Positions 10,764 through 24,100 of a stretch of 64,000 nt of DNA are shown piece after piece (position 1 is the first letter of the stretch; each line of letters starts with the position of its first letter). The notes beneath the pieces were generated by a model, which was not told where the DNA came from, did not search any database, and saw only the letters and a program-made list of their open reading frames with translations. Origin of the DNA: Azolla caroliniana (lineage: Eukaryota > Plantae > Polypodiophyta); contig JBHGNT010000018.1 in NCBI GenBank assembly GCA_043228905.1, forward strand, positions 7,750,001 through 7,814,000, given 5' to 3'. Position numbers and translations under genes: made by a program.

Positions 10764-13700
10764 CCTATGTGGTGCTCAACCCTTTTGTCAAAAGGTAACA
10801 TATTGTTGATGTATGTACATATTTTGAAAAATAAGGATTTATTTTTTAGAATTCTTACTCTTGATGTGCATTCTTCAACAAACATATCTCTCTTTCTAAT
10901 GTATATCTTTGCCTACATGTGTGCGCGCACACGCACACACACACACATTTACTTAACCATGTTTGATCATCCAATTTAGATATAGAAAATTGAGCCCCTA
11001 AATAAAAACTTTTGTGTTAGGTTGAATAGTTCTCTAAGTGAATGTTATCTTAATTTCCATTTGATGCCGACTATCTTTCTAAATATCTTTGTTCATACTT
11101 GGTCTGGAATGAATTCAAGAATTATGATATTGAGCATACCTACAACCCCATATTTAGTGTGTAGAGGATGGATTCGACACTTTTTATTTTTGGGGCATAC
11201 CTATAGTTAAGATCTTTTACTGTAGTCCATGTCACACGAGTCTCTATATGCATAATAACAACTCATCCTGTTTGGATTTGACCAGCTTTGTTCTTGATCC
11301 TAGAAAGGCCTATGCTTTGAGAAAAAAGTATGCGTAGTGCTCAATTTAAACTCTTTAAAGATGGTTTTTATTGCTATATTACAATAAAAACTGAAATAAT
11401 AATTATAAAGGACATTGTCCTTATGTAAGACTCATTTCATTCATTAAATGGAAGTATTATAGAACTTTAATAAAGTGATATTACATAAAATAATGGGTGA
11501 TACATTTGTAATTGGACCCAAATAAAAACTTCCATGTATATAGTTTATAGTATATACATGCATCTAGAATTGGCCTACTCTTTACAACATCATGATCTTT
11601 ATAAAAAAGCTCAATACTCTATTCATATAATAACTACCGTTACAACTTACAACTAGCATATTAGAAACACCATGCACAACCACATTGAAGGCAAGTTAAA
11701 TATTGTCTTCCCGGACTACCATTTGATGGTCCAATCTAATGTAATAGTGTGCTCCATCTCAATCATTGGATTTTTGTGATGTTTTCAAAATGAATAGCCA
11801 TCAAATGTTGGAAAGTTACATCATTGATCATAAAATAATATTATACATATCCTTAGAAGTGACTACTTAGTTTCTATTCTATTGGCTAATCAACAAGTTG
11901 GCAAAAGCATAGATGTGATGTGGTTTACTTGGTGAGACATTTCATCCAATGGAAGGATGTTCACTAGTATCCAAGTATACATAATGCTTAACAAAAAAAA
12001 ACACAAAAACTACTCCACCCAATTTGTATGGTGACAAGTGGTTACCAAATCAACCAATACAAAACCACACATGAGCAAGAGTCATGATGCCCTAACTAGA
12101 ATGCATATAGAGAAGATATATTGTAGACATGCCTCAAGCACATGCTATAAACATAATAATTCCATTAGAGTTTCTGCACATTTATATACTCATTCGAAAT
12201 GAAATAGATGATAATGAGGTTGTACGCCTATGGCAAAGAAGGATCGCAAGCAAACCAGGAGATTAATTTGATAGCACGCAAGAGAAAGAAGGTCCTTAAT
12301 AATATTTTCCCAATGCTTATATGTTATGAATCATGATTAGACTTTGTTCGATACAAAGTGTCTAGCCAACATGAAATCCTTATTCTCTGTTTTAGGATGG
12401 AGATGACCTCCACCTTTTTGAGGTATTCACACCCTTTCATGCCTAAGTCCATGTTCCTAAGGTGTGTTACACACACAAGTCCTATGCATGCACTTTATTT
12501 GGGGAGACATATTAAATTATGTGGAGTCTTCTCTATCCTCTTTCGTCCTCCATGTTGATGCATGGACCTACCTGCAACTTTTGAGTCTAAACTATGTACC
12601 TGTATCTTGAAATGCAAGTTGATGCAAGAATATTCTATTCAACCCTTTTTATTCAACAATTTCGGTTTTTCTACCTCCAATCTTTTAGTCAATCCTCATG
12701 GTCCCATTGTCCTTATTACTACCATTTCCTTTTCTAAGAGAGCAATGGTATCCACATCGTTATAAATACTCTAAAGACCAAATTTGTTATCATCTAAATG
12801 GTTAATTGTGCATGCTATCAAATTAAACTTAACTATTTGGCAAAGACCAATGCCACCATTTTTAACCTAAGGTTGTTGGAGAAATTGATTATGATGTGCA
12901 AGGTGTCAAACCAAAACCTAAAGAACATTTTTATAATGAATATGCTTCAAACTCATTGGGCAATGTCTAAAGCCGTAAATTTAGTGTTGGAAAGCACACA
13001 TTTTATAACATAATAATGCTTATGTATTTGAATGTTCAAATTTCTATAGTGTGACTTGCTCTTAAATATATGATCATTCCTTTATGGTAATGCAACAACA
13101 AAAAAACTCGAGCATTTGATGTATAAGGACAATTCTTTCACGTTAATGTGCTTCGACATTTGTTTTTGGAGGTTTCCATTGTGTGCACCATTTAATATGC
13201 TTTATCTTTTTGTTGCCTTATTTTTGTTGTAGTTCATAGACATGCCTGCCTATCCAATTCAAAACTTCAATGATTTACGGGGTGTCCTAGGGTGTGTAGA
13301 TCTGGTTTAACCCACAATGACCTTGTCTTTAACAAGTAAGACATGTATTGGCCCTTGGGTTGAGAGTCTCACACACACACATGTGTCTTCATATGGTCTT
13401 GCACAATTAAGTCTCCTACCTACAATTATAGACAAAAGGAAAGGGATGCAATATCATAAATGTATCTCATTCATCCATGAATTGCATCTAGGAAAGGATC
13501 AATACCTCAAATAATCCAATTCCCATTCAAACATTTTCCTGCATTTAAGGTGAGTGAGTATAAATGATTTTGTTAGGATACATTGAAGCGATAGTGGTCA
13601 AATATCCTTGTCGAAAGAATACTCAAGAACGGCCATTACTTTGTCGTCCTCTTCAACTCTAGGGGTGGGGTACACAAACATGCTCACACATGTAATGATT

Positions 13701-14498
13701 ACACAATTCATGGACATGATGCACCCTTGAAGATGTCAAGGGTTTGTGAGCATAAAACCAAAAAACAATGCAAAGGCAACAAAAGTTTTCAAGGATGTAT
13801 GTAAATGTAGACACGTCGTTGCGACTAGACGAGGCTCGACCAGGTCTAGGTGCAGAAGGTGTTGTACACACCCCCAGATTGTGCACATTGCAAGATAACG
13901 GAGACCCCATTACAACACAAGAGCCCTGATGATGAATGAGTCAGGTGTGGAGTGGGCAGGGACATGTGGTGGATTGGGTGTGACCCGAGACATATATGGG
14001 CATAGGGTTGGACGGGTGGGCGCGTGCATGGACGACAAGGATGTGTGCATCAGTAGGGGCAAAGAGACATAATAAGTCAAATAAAGGAAGAGAGAGAGAG
14101 AGAGAGAGAATAAGAGCCCACATGGATGTAGCTCAGTTGGTAAGGTTGCCCAATGGAGACGAGGAGACTTACCAATAGAGTAAGCTAAAAAAAGAGAGAC
14201 AGTAAGAGTATGAATGAACGAATGAATAGGAGACCCCACCCCTCCACACACATCTTGTGTGTTCATTTTGTTTGTTTGTTTTGGTTTGAATGGCAAAGGC
14301 AAATCAATGGAAATCTATGGCCACTAACTCAGAGCATCCAGCAGTAGTAGTTAGGTTAGGTTATCTATCAATCACAATACTTGCACATTAAAAGCACACC
14401 ACCCTTTTCCCCTATCCTTTCCAACAGATAACATTGAATCCATGGTAATTACATGCATACCTTCCATAATCTCTACCTCTACCCTCTCATCTCCTTCC

Positions 14499-14505
14499 TA
14501 TATAA
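14499..14505 (+). promoter_or_regulatory. TATA box of pri-MIR166
   Basis: CCTATATAAT after a pyrimidine-rich tract, about 250 nt upstream of the hairpin. Confidence 0.6.
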
Positions 14506-14539
14506 TCCCATCTGGGCCTCTATCCATGCTAATCATCAG

Positions 14540-14695
14540 GTATTAATTTTCCCAACATCATCTTCTCATTATATATATATATATATATATTATGCTTAAT
14601 TGAAGCCTTTTAATTCCATTTAGGGTTCCTGCTTAAATCTTCCATCCAATATTCATGTTATTCTCCTTAATCTTCGATTGTATCTCTTCCTCTAG
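14540..14695 (+). other. Putative leader intron of pri-MIR166
   Basis: Donor CAG|GTATTA, AT-rich interior, branch-like CCTTAAT, acceptor TCTCTTCCTCTAG|. Confidence 0.5.
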
Positions 14696-14750
14696 ATTTA
14701 TAAAACAGACACAAAAACGCACATACACACGCAGACGATACTCATGGATT

Positions 14751-15017
14751 TTGGATTTGGGGAGTGCAGCGTGGGACGAGAAGCAACCGATTCAAAACTA
14801 TTGAATCTGTCCTAATGAGCTAATTTGTGTTTCGATTAATATAGTTTGGAAACATGCTAGTTAGTATTAATTAGGGTTAAATGACTACAGTATATGTCAT
14901 TGATATAACATTATGGATTAAATGACTACAGTATATAACATTGACATGAATTATGGAATGAATGACTAAATGAAAAGGATGCCTGATCTCGGACCAGGCT
15001 TCATTCCCTTAATCCAA
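14751..15017 (+). ncRNA. MIR166: MIR166 precursor hairpin; mature miR166 at 14989-15009 (UCGGACCAGGCUUCAUUCCCU), star at about 14761-14781
   Basis: 20/21 match to canonical miR166. The 5' arm TTGGATTTGGGGAGTGCAGCGTGGGACGAGA pairs with the 3' arm TCTCGGACCAGGCTTCATTCCCTTAATCCAA (4 mismatches plus G:U in the duplex), closed by the basal stem TTGGATT/AATCCAA. Confidence 0.93.
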
Positions 15018-15654
15018 ACGCATGATGGTGATGATGATGGAAAATGCTGCTCTTTCTCTTTTCTTGTAATGACCATTTTTTTATTCAGTAATCTGTTAAG
15101 ATAAATAATTTCTCAATGAATCATCGAAACCAACACGATGTTGTCACTGCTCGATGATATCTCCTATAATTAAACTCTCCGTCGGACCATCCTTCTTAAT
15201 TTAATGTCTAATGGACAGGCCCCCTTCCTAATTAGAAGCTATCTATCTGGTAATCTCATATAAATTAGAATGTGCTAGCATTCTGGCAATTTTAGATCTA
15301 TCACACCATAGACCCCGGTGATTATCAAATGTGTTAAAGTTCTAATTATCGTGCTTAATCTAGTTAACATTAACGTGGTTTATCTTAATTGTCATGTTGC
15401 TAATTAGGAGCCTCTATCTTACATCAAACATGTATCTGTGTATGTATACATAATATACATAAATATACATAAATATACATAATACATACACACACATACA
15501 TACATACATACATATTGTGGTGTTTATATATATATATATATTATTGGTAGGAATAGTGAAGCATGCATTTTCTAGTTTCTAAGGTCTAACATAAATGAGC
15601 ATATTTTAGTAGTCTTCTTGAACATGTATGAATATGGAATGGACTCGTCTCGCC

Positions 15655-16475
15655 ATGACAAGTTGGAAGGTTGCGAAAACTAGACATCCTGGTGTCTAAG
15701 TTGGAGGTTGCAAAAACTACACATCTTGCAAGGTAGCATCTATCATGAAATTTTGTCATCTTGATCGACTGCTCGGCATCCGGACAGGATTTTTTTGAAA
15801 AGATATCCATTCATTAGGGTAAATATTTTAGAAAGTTTTGATTCCTAAGTGATCGACGGAAGGAACAACCAACTTGGTGGCTGCAAATCACCAAAAAGGA
15901 GTGTCATTCCTCATGGACATAAGTGGAGTAGCTTTTCACAAAGTAAGAAATTGATGGCATTGAGCAGTTGTATCGCATGAGTCTCCAATAATACCATCCC
16001 GTTGACCCTTCAAAGTATGAACAATGTCCAACCAAATATTATTTACCATGTCACTTGGTGAGACTATAACTTGATGAAAAACGAGAGAGCACTGAGCCTT
16101 CCAGGTGGTATATGCAGTACTGCTACTTAATATCTCCCATGATGGTTGCACCTCCTTCCTTATCCCTAAAACCTAAAAACTGCAAAGACTCTAATGGAAG
16201 TACATTCAAACACTTCCACAATTAGTGTGAAAGTTGTAGTCCATAGATTCAACGTCGAGACAAGTTGAAGTTTGCAAAAACTAGATGTCCTACAATATAG
16301 CATGACAAGAAAGCTTGTTGTGCCGATTGACTACTCGACGCTGAAAGAAGTTGAAGTTTTCGAAAACTAGACATCTTGCAACGTAGCATCACATGAAACC
16401 TTTTCGCCCTGATCAACTGCTCATCACGGAGACAAGTTGAAGTTTGCGAAAACTAAGACATCCCGCAATGTAGTC
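15655..16475. repeat. About 87-bp degenerate repeats (GACAAGTTGAAGTTTGCGAAAACTAGACATC...) in two blocks, 15655-15790 and 16255-16475
   Basis: Five visible copies of the motif; resemble subterminal repeats of a DNA transposon relic. Confidence 0.7.
15850..16250 (-). pseudogene. Probable L1-type LINE ORF2 C-terminal fragment
   Basis: ORF 15936-16151 WEILSSSTAYTTWKAQCSLVF...NIW resembles the W..W..RC..VF tail of plant L1 ORF2. It splits the 87-bp repeat block. Boundaries approximate. Confidence 0.45.
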
Positions 16476-16688
16476 CATCTTTGTATTTTAGACATGACAT
16501 GGAGAATGTCAAGTTTGTTTCTCGATTCTTAATGCTTTGATAAATAAACTCACGCTTTGGTCTAATGTAACTACAATATACACATACTTGTGTATAACAT
16601 AAGCAACATTGTTTCTCACACAAATCTTTAATGTTCTTTAATCTAGACTATGAGCATACATAGCTCTAAAATTTAGTATATTTAATCC

Positions 16689-17144
16689 TGAAAAGTTAAT
16701 ATACGGAAGCTTTGACAAACCGGTTTAGTCGGATAGCAACAAAAAGAGTACAAGTTTAATGCAAACCTTACAAGACACAAAAAGAGACTGGGAGAGACAG
16801 AGAGAGCATAATAGCATAAACTATATTAAAAAAATAATACTTTGTACATAGGATGTGCTGAGTGAGCACTTTTTATACAAGTCCACAAGGGACTGACAGA
16901 AGTACTATGTACTTCAATGCTCATATGTGCGGTTGACACTACCTACGAGGACCATGACTACCCTGTAGTCTAGAAGCGTAGACCTCTAAATGGCCTACCG
17001 GTACACACGTGGGTCTGGATCTCCGATCTAGCTCCTGGTTCCGGATACTATCTGGACATCGATCCGGATATGATCTGGCTCTGGCTTATCCAGCCGATCT
17101 GGATCTGGTTGAGCTCGCTCAACACTCCCCCTCAAGCTCAACTT
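16689..17144 (-). mobile_element. copia element A: 3' LTR (16689-17124) and PPT (17125-17132); continues at 31017-31190
   Basis: LTR is related to 4286-4680. The flanks rejoin across TSD AACTT to give CCTCAAGTTGAGCTTGAGGGGGAG. Confidence 0.85.
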
Positions 17145-17548
17145 TTTTACGAAGGCACTACGACTCTTTTGTGTGCACAACGGATCATGATGTGCTCGTC
17201 CGTTTAGTGCTCAAGACAAAAAGGAAGGGGAAGGAGACTTACCTCTGTGTAGCAAACCAAAAAGCTTCTTCTATTTCATTACACGCTCAGCTCAAGTCAC
17301 TCTCGTCAGTTTTCCATTTTCAGTTTTCTTATGACTCTCGCTCTTACTTACTACTCTTTTCTACTTACTACACTTACTTTTTACCTAAGTATATAAGTGA
17401 CTTATATATGTAGCTAAATAGCTGTCAGTAGCTAAATAGTTGTTTCACCTTTATGTCCACTAGTAGCTAATTAGTTAATATCTACTATAGCTTATTTCTC
17501 AATAAGCATCCCATACCTTTGTTGAGCTTGCTTCTCAACACTCCCCCT

Positions 17549-20500
17549 CAAGCTCAACATATCCTTTCTGGGATCATCTTCAATCTTCTTTTCTTCATGC
17601 TTTTCAACTACCATGCCGATGGTTATAACTCCCATCATGTCTCTAAACTGTGTATGTTTTTCCATGTTCAATCCCTTCATAAGAATATCAACAACTTGCT
17701 GATTTGTACTTACATACAACAGATCCACTTCTCCATCAATCACTTGTTCTTGCATGGAACACTGGGTTTTTTGCCAGCTAAATGCTGCTCATATTGTCAC
17801 ACCAAATTGTGACTGCACCATCTATATATTGTCCAAAATTAGTAAGCAATCTTCTGATCCATACATCTTCATAGGTAGCTATTATAGCTCCTTTATATTT
17901 AGCTTCAGTACTTGATAGTGCAACAATAACTTGTTTCTTGCTACTCCATGAAATAACTGCACTTCCAAATGTAAACATATATCCACTTGTGGATCTTCTG
18001 TCAGTTTGGCTTCCAACCCAATCAACATCTGTATATCCTTCCAACTTTATGTCCAGATCAGCCCTATAAAACACTCCATAATTTTGAGTAGCTTTTACAT
18101 ACCTCAAAATTCTTCTAATGTAGTCCAAATGTGGCTTTGTTGGTTGTTGCATAAACTGGTTGACTAATCCAACAACATAACTCAAATCAGGTTTTGCTAT
18201 CGTCAAATATATGAGCCTGCCCACCATAGACCTGTACATGTTTACATCTTCTATTTTGGCTCCCAAATCAGCCCTCAATTTGCAGTTCTTATCTAGTGGT
18301 AACCAATAGGTTTGCATGGAAGCATACCATACTTCTTCAACATAGTTGTTGCATATTGTTTTTGCAAGATATATATACCACTTTCAGATCTGATCATCTC
18401 AATACCGAGAAAGTAATCCAGCTCTCCCAAATCTTTCATATGAAATTGCATTTCCAATTTTGTTTTCAACTTTCTTATTTCATCCATGGAATTACCTCCA
18501 ATGATTAAGTCATCAACATATATCAAGATAACAACAATGGAATCATTTATCTTCTTTAAATATAATGATGGATCAACCTTTGACATTTTGAAGGCAAATT
18601 TTTTCAGAGATTCTAAAAGTTCTTTATGCCATGCTCTTGGTGCTTGTTTCAATCCATAGAGAGCCTTTTTTTGCCTGCATACATTTTCTGGATGCTTCTT
18701 ATCGTCAAAACCTAGTGGTTGACACATGTATACTTCGTCTTCCAAGTTACCATGTAAAAAAGCATTTTTTACATCCATATGGTGCAGAACCCATATTTTG
18801 GCTGCACTCACAGCAAGTAGTGTTCTCAATGTTGCCATCTTTGCAACCAGTGCAAATGTTTCATCATAGTCAATTCCTTGCATCTGGGCATATCCCTTTG
18901 CCACAAGTCTTGCTTTATGTCTACTAACATTTCCATTTGAATCATGCTTTGTTTTGTAGACCCATTTGCAACCTACAACATTTTTTTCTTTTGGTAACTT
19001 CACCAAATCCCATGTTCTGTTTTCAGCCAATGCATCTGTTTCTTCTTGCATTGCATTCACCCATTTCTTATCAGATTTTACTTCATCAAAACAATTTGGA
19101 TCAGGGATTTGTACCACTTTAGACATGTATGCATAATGCATAACCATATATATGTCATAACCAAATCTTTCAATAGTCTTTTTCTCTCTATCTGATCTTC
19201 TCAGTTTCTAATTTGCATCCTTCATTGCTTTTTCCATACCAGGGATTTTCAAGGCTCGTATACCAAGCTCATCATCCAATGATGTACTGAATCTACATCT
19301 TCCATGTTTCTAGATCCATCATCAACCATTTCATATTCTGGCATCTTCTGTTTTCCCATTTTATAATCATATTTTTTGTGTCTTGCATTTTTTCCACTCC
19401 ATGCATTAGATTCAGATTTACTACTTGAGCTTCCAGATGGTCCATTACATTCCATTGATGTGGAACTTTGTTGTCCAACATTGTTTCCATCTCCATGGAA
19501 ATTTCTTCCATTTTTAGATTTTTCTCTGTCTTCATTTTCACAGTCTTCATCAGTTTCTACATTCTCTTTTGGGTTGTAACAACTGCCCAACTCATCAAAT
19601 ATTACATCCCGACTTACCACAATCTTTTTTGTCAATGGGTTATAGCATCTATACCCTTTCTGCTCCTTTGAATATCCAACAAAAACACATTTTTGAGCTT
19701 TTGGATCAAGCTTACTTCTCACTTCAGTAGGTACATGAACATAGGCAAGGCATCCAAACACGTGTCCTAAACTCGGCTTTCTGCCATAGAAACATTCTTC
19801 AGGAGTTACTTCATGTACTCCAGATGTTATACATCTATTTAGGATATAGTTTGCTGTGTTTACAGCTTCTGCTTAGTAATACAATGGCATATTTTTTTCT
19901 GTCATCATGGCTCTTGCTATGTTCACCAGAGTTCTGTTTTTTCTTTCAGCAACTCCATTTTGCTGTGGAGTATATCTACATGTAAACTGTCTCCTTATTC
20001 CTTGATTACATAGAAAATCAGAAAACTCATTTGAGAAGTATTCTCTTCCTCCATAAGATCTTAGGCATTTTATTCTAGTTCCAACCTACTTTTCTACCAT
20101 GCATTTAAACTTACGGAAACAATCAAATACTTCACTTTTTTCTTTCATGAAGTAAACCCATGTTTTCCTTGAGCAATCATTAATGAAAGTTACATAAAAC
20201 TTACATCCACTAATCGATGCATTTTTTGTTGGTCCCCATACATCTGTATGTACCAAATCCAACAAATTTTTGCTTACATGTCTTTCATGAGGGAAAGGCA
20301 ACCTGACATGCCTCACATATTTTGCTCATCTCACAATCTTTCAACTTAGGTAGTCCAACCACTGCATTTCTCCTCAACATATTTTTCAAGGTTTGCATAC
20401 TTATGTGACCGATTCTTTTATGCCATTTCCACATTTGAGATTACACTCATTCCTTCTGCAAACATGGCTGTAATCTTATTAGGCATATCCACATCTAACA

Positions 20501-21080
20501 CAAACATCCTTCCTTGATGTTTTCCTTTTGCAATAAGTTTTCCCTGTTTCTCTATAAAGCATCCACTTTGCTTGAACTTAACTTGCATTCCTTGCTCTAC
20601 TATTGTCCAACAGAAATAAGATTTTTTGCAAGGTTTGATACATGCATAACATTAAGCATATACTTTGTTTTTCCTTTTTCTTCCCACAATGGGATATCTC
20701 CAACATGCTCTATTTGGTGAGTAGTATTATCACCTATTTGTACATAACCAGGAATCTTTGGTTCTCTTAGACTTTCAAACCAATTTGCATGTCTTGTCAT
20801 ATGATTAGATGTCCCAGAATCTACATACCACATGAACTCTTCATTGCATCTATGTGAACATTTAGCCATTGCTGCTGTTTCATGTTGCACCACAAATGCA
20901 CCATCTTTATCATAGTCTTCACTGGTTGAAGCATAGTTATTTTGCTGTCTCTTCCCTCTTTTTTCATCAGTTTGCTTTTTATAGCACTCAACTTGCGTAT
21001 GGCCTAGTTTTCCACAATACCGACAACCATCATCATTCAGATGAGTTTGCTTACCTCTACCTCGATTGCTCCCAATTTTG
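17549..21080 (-). pseudogene. pol: copia B zinc knuckle-protease-integrase-RT-RNase H
   Basis: CRYCGKLGHTQVEC, WYVDSGTSNHM, LVHTDVWGP, FGCLAYVHVP, IYVDDL and GYTDVDW motifs; multiple frameshifts. Confidence 0.93.
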
Positions 21081-21180
21081 TTGCATTATAAACATTATTC
21101 GAATAACTTGTTTTGACATTTTGGCATTAACTAAAATCAAAGGTTTTCATTGTGTATAATCTCTCTCTCTCTCTCTCTCT

Positions 21181-24100
21181 ACACAACTAGGAAGAGAACC
21201 TTAGTTCTTCAATTTAAAGACTTAGACTCTAGAATCACTTTCTTTAGGAATAGACCAATTCTTTGAGGATTGGGTGGGGACCCTATCTATCTCGATCAAG
21301 ACCTCACCAAGATGCAAATTGAGCATCGCAAGAGTTGTATGCCAAAGGTTATGCAAGCTCGTAAAGAAGGGCATCGCGCCTTTTATCGAGATGGGCGAGA
21401 GATCATAAATGATCGCACTACTAATTGACGACGTGTGGCCCATGTGATAGAAAACACACTTAGGATGACCTTATGGCATTGTAATGGCACACTCTGGACA
21501 CACCCTGGCCACCTAGAGGAGATATCAAAGGAATCAGATATAGTTTGCCTAGTAGAAACACACCAAAGCCCAAATAGGGGACTCCCACGAGTCGAAGGAT
21601 TTCGTTGGGAGTCAACTTTTAGACAAACCTCACGTCGATGCACTACCGGGGGATCTGGAGGTGTCGCAATATTGTTTCGGAGGGAGCTACATAATAGGAT
21701 AGAAATACTGAGCACAGACCTAGAAGCTCGTTTTATGTGGGTGAAAGTCTCCACATGCAAGGACAAGGCAATATTTTTCGCCATTTGTTACTTCCTCCCG
21801 AAAGTCTCTCGTTATAATCTGGCTGGCGAGGTGAGATTAGTTGATGAAGGAGTGCCACATGGGCCTTCCCCATATGAACCTCTATCGGATGACATAATCT
21901 AATATTCTTCCCAAGGAGAAGTATTCCTTGTAGGAGACTTTAATGCGAGAACCCAATCCCGACAATGCACAATATTTCAAATGAATAGAAACCTAGAAAT
22001 GGTAAATGTCGATCCTTTAGACATAGGCACCACACGTAGATCAAAGGATCAAGGTGCGGACGCCACGAGTTTTGGCCATCATTTGCTCGAACTTGGCAGT
22101 CGGCACCAGATGGTCATATATAATGGTTTAGCCAAGTGGCCAGGTTCAGAAGAGCTCACATGTTTCCCACATGGAGGAGGGGAAAGCACAATTGATTATC
22201 TAATAGGACGCCCTGAAGCTACCCACATGATTAACTCCTTCCGAGTGGCCCCATGTCCTATTGGCGCGGACCATAGTTTCTTATACTTCGAGCTAAAATG
22301 CGATATCTCTAACGTCACCAACTCTAGTCAACCACGCCATGACATCACAATACATTTCACACATGAGCTCTCTGACATATATGCTCGACATGTTCAAGCC
22401 CATCTCTCCTCCCTTGATCCCTCCATACCTTTAGAGAGCCTTAGTACGAAACTCCCACACATCCTTCACTCTGCAGCAGTTAGCAGTTTCCCATACACGA
22501 AACACTCCAATCAAGGTAAAGTAGGATCTATGCCACAAAATAGATGGTATGATGAGGATTGTAGGTGCTTACATAGACAACTTACAATATCGCAACTCAG
22601 TGGTACTATTACCTCAGTACAAGCTCGTAAAGAAATGCGCAAGTTGACACGTCGTAAGAGACGAGCATGGGAGGCATCCCAATATTGGGAACTCTACCAT
22701 ATGCTCATGAGTAGCGATTGTGCCACTGCATTGAAGATATTACGGGAACCAAGACCACAAACACCTATCGAAGATCCCGAAACTTGGCACACTTATATAG
22801 AGAGAGTTTACCAAATCCCAAACCAACCACCCATTCCAATGCCTTCTACACCCCGACCTACTATGGGGATACTCTTCACGACCTCTAGGGTCACGAAGGT
22901 CATAAAGAAATTACAACATAGGAAGTCCATGGACCACACAGGATTGTGAGCAGAACACATCATATATGCGAGAGAGTGCCTAGCTCCCTTGCTAACTCTA
23001 ATCTTCAATCGCGTCCTCACAGAGGGTTTTCCACCACAATGGACCATGAACACAGTGGCCCCCATACATAAAGGAGGGGACCCCATGAACCCAAATACTT
23101 ATAGGACCATTATGATAGGTCATACCCTTGCTAAATTATATGGTGTAGTAATGGAGGCAGAGCTTAGCGATTATATGGAGACCTTAAATCTTCGTGCACC
23201 TAAACAGGCTGGCTTTAGACGAGCCTTCTCCACTATTGATCATATCTTCACACTTAGATGCTTAATTGACTAGACTAAGGCTCGCAAGAAGAAACTATAT
23301 TGTTGTTTTGTGGACTTTCGCAAAGCCTTTGACACGGTCCCTAGAGAGCGGTTGTTTGATAGGCTTAAGAGCTTGAGGATAGCAGATGACATGGTTTGGG
23401 CCATCTATGCACTATATGAACAAGTGTCCAGGTGTGTTCGATGCCCAGGTGGCATATCCGATAGTTTCACTAGCACTATTGGTGTAAAACAAGGTTGCCC
23501 CTTATCTCCGACTCTTTTTGGGGTCTACATTGATGAGATCATAGATTTTATTGCTCGTAAGGGAGGCAATGGAGTAGTCCTTGGGGATGCGCAGGTGTGT
23601 ATCTTGCTCTATGCAGACGACATAGTTTTGCTCTCTGAATCCGAACACGACCTACAAAGGCACCTTAATGCCTTAGATGACTTTTGCACACAACCAGGAT
23701 TGGTAGTGAATCTAGGGAAAACTAAAGTCCTTATCTTCCACATGTCGGCCCAAGTTAGAGCTAAGTGTCACCTAACTATCTCCCATAGCCCAGTTGAGGT
23801 GGTTGGATCATATGTCTATCTCGGAGTCACTGTCAGTGCCCGCTTAGGTAAATTTTCGATGACACAAGTAGCGAAGGATAGACTTACAAGAGGACATGCA
23901 TCCCTCTCACTCCTCGAGAGACAATGCCACCAAGCATACTTCCAAGAGCCATGAACTAAAGGGTGACTCTTTGACTCATTAGTGACTCCCTCTCTCATGT
24001 ATGCATCAACAGTTTGGGCTCCAGGACTACCATCTTTCATGTGGATGCAATTAGAGAGACCATTGGTGATGATGTTATCACGCCAACTCCGAAGCAAATC

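Noticed and set aside
14124-14145. tRNA-like GGATGTAGCTCAGTTGGTAAG
   Set aside because: A-box only; no B-box or cloverleaf follows.
9481-14302. Short ORFs in the AT-rich island as host exons
   Set aside because: No recognisable domains or consistent splice chain; several derive from microsatellites.
15182-15202. Second miR166 copy (TCGGACCATCCTTC)
   Set aside because: Only about 13/21 identity and no convincing star arm.
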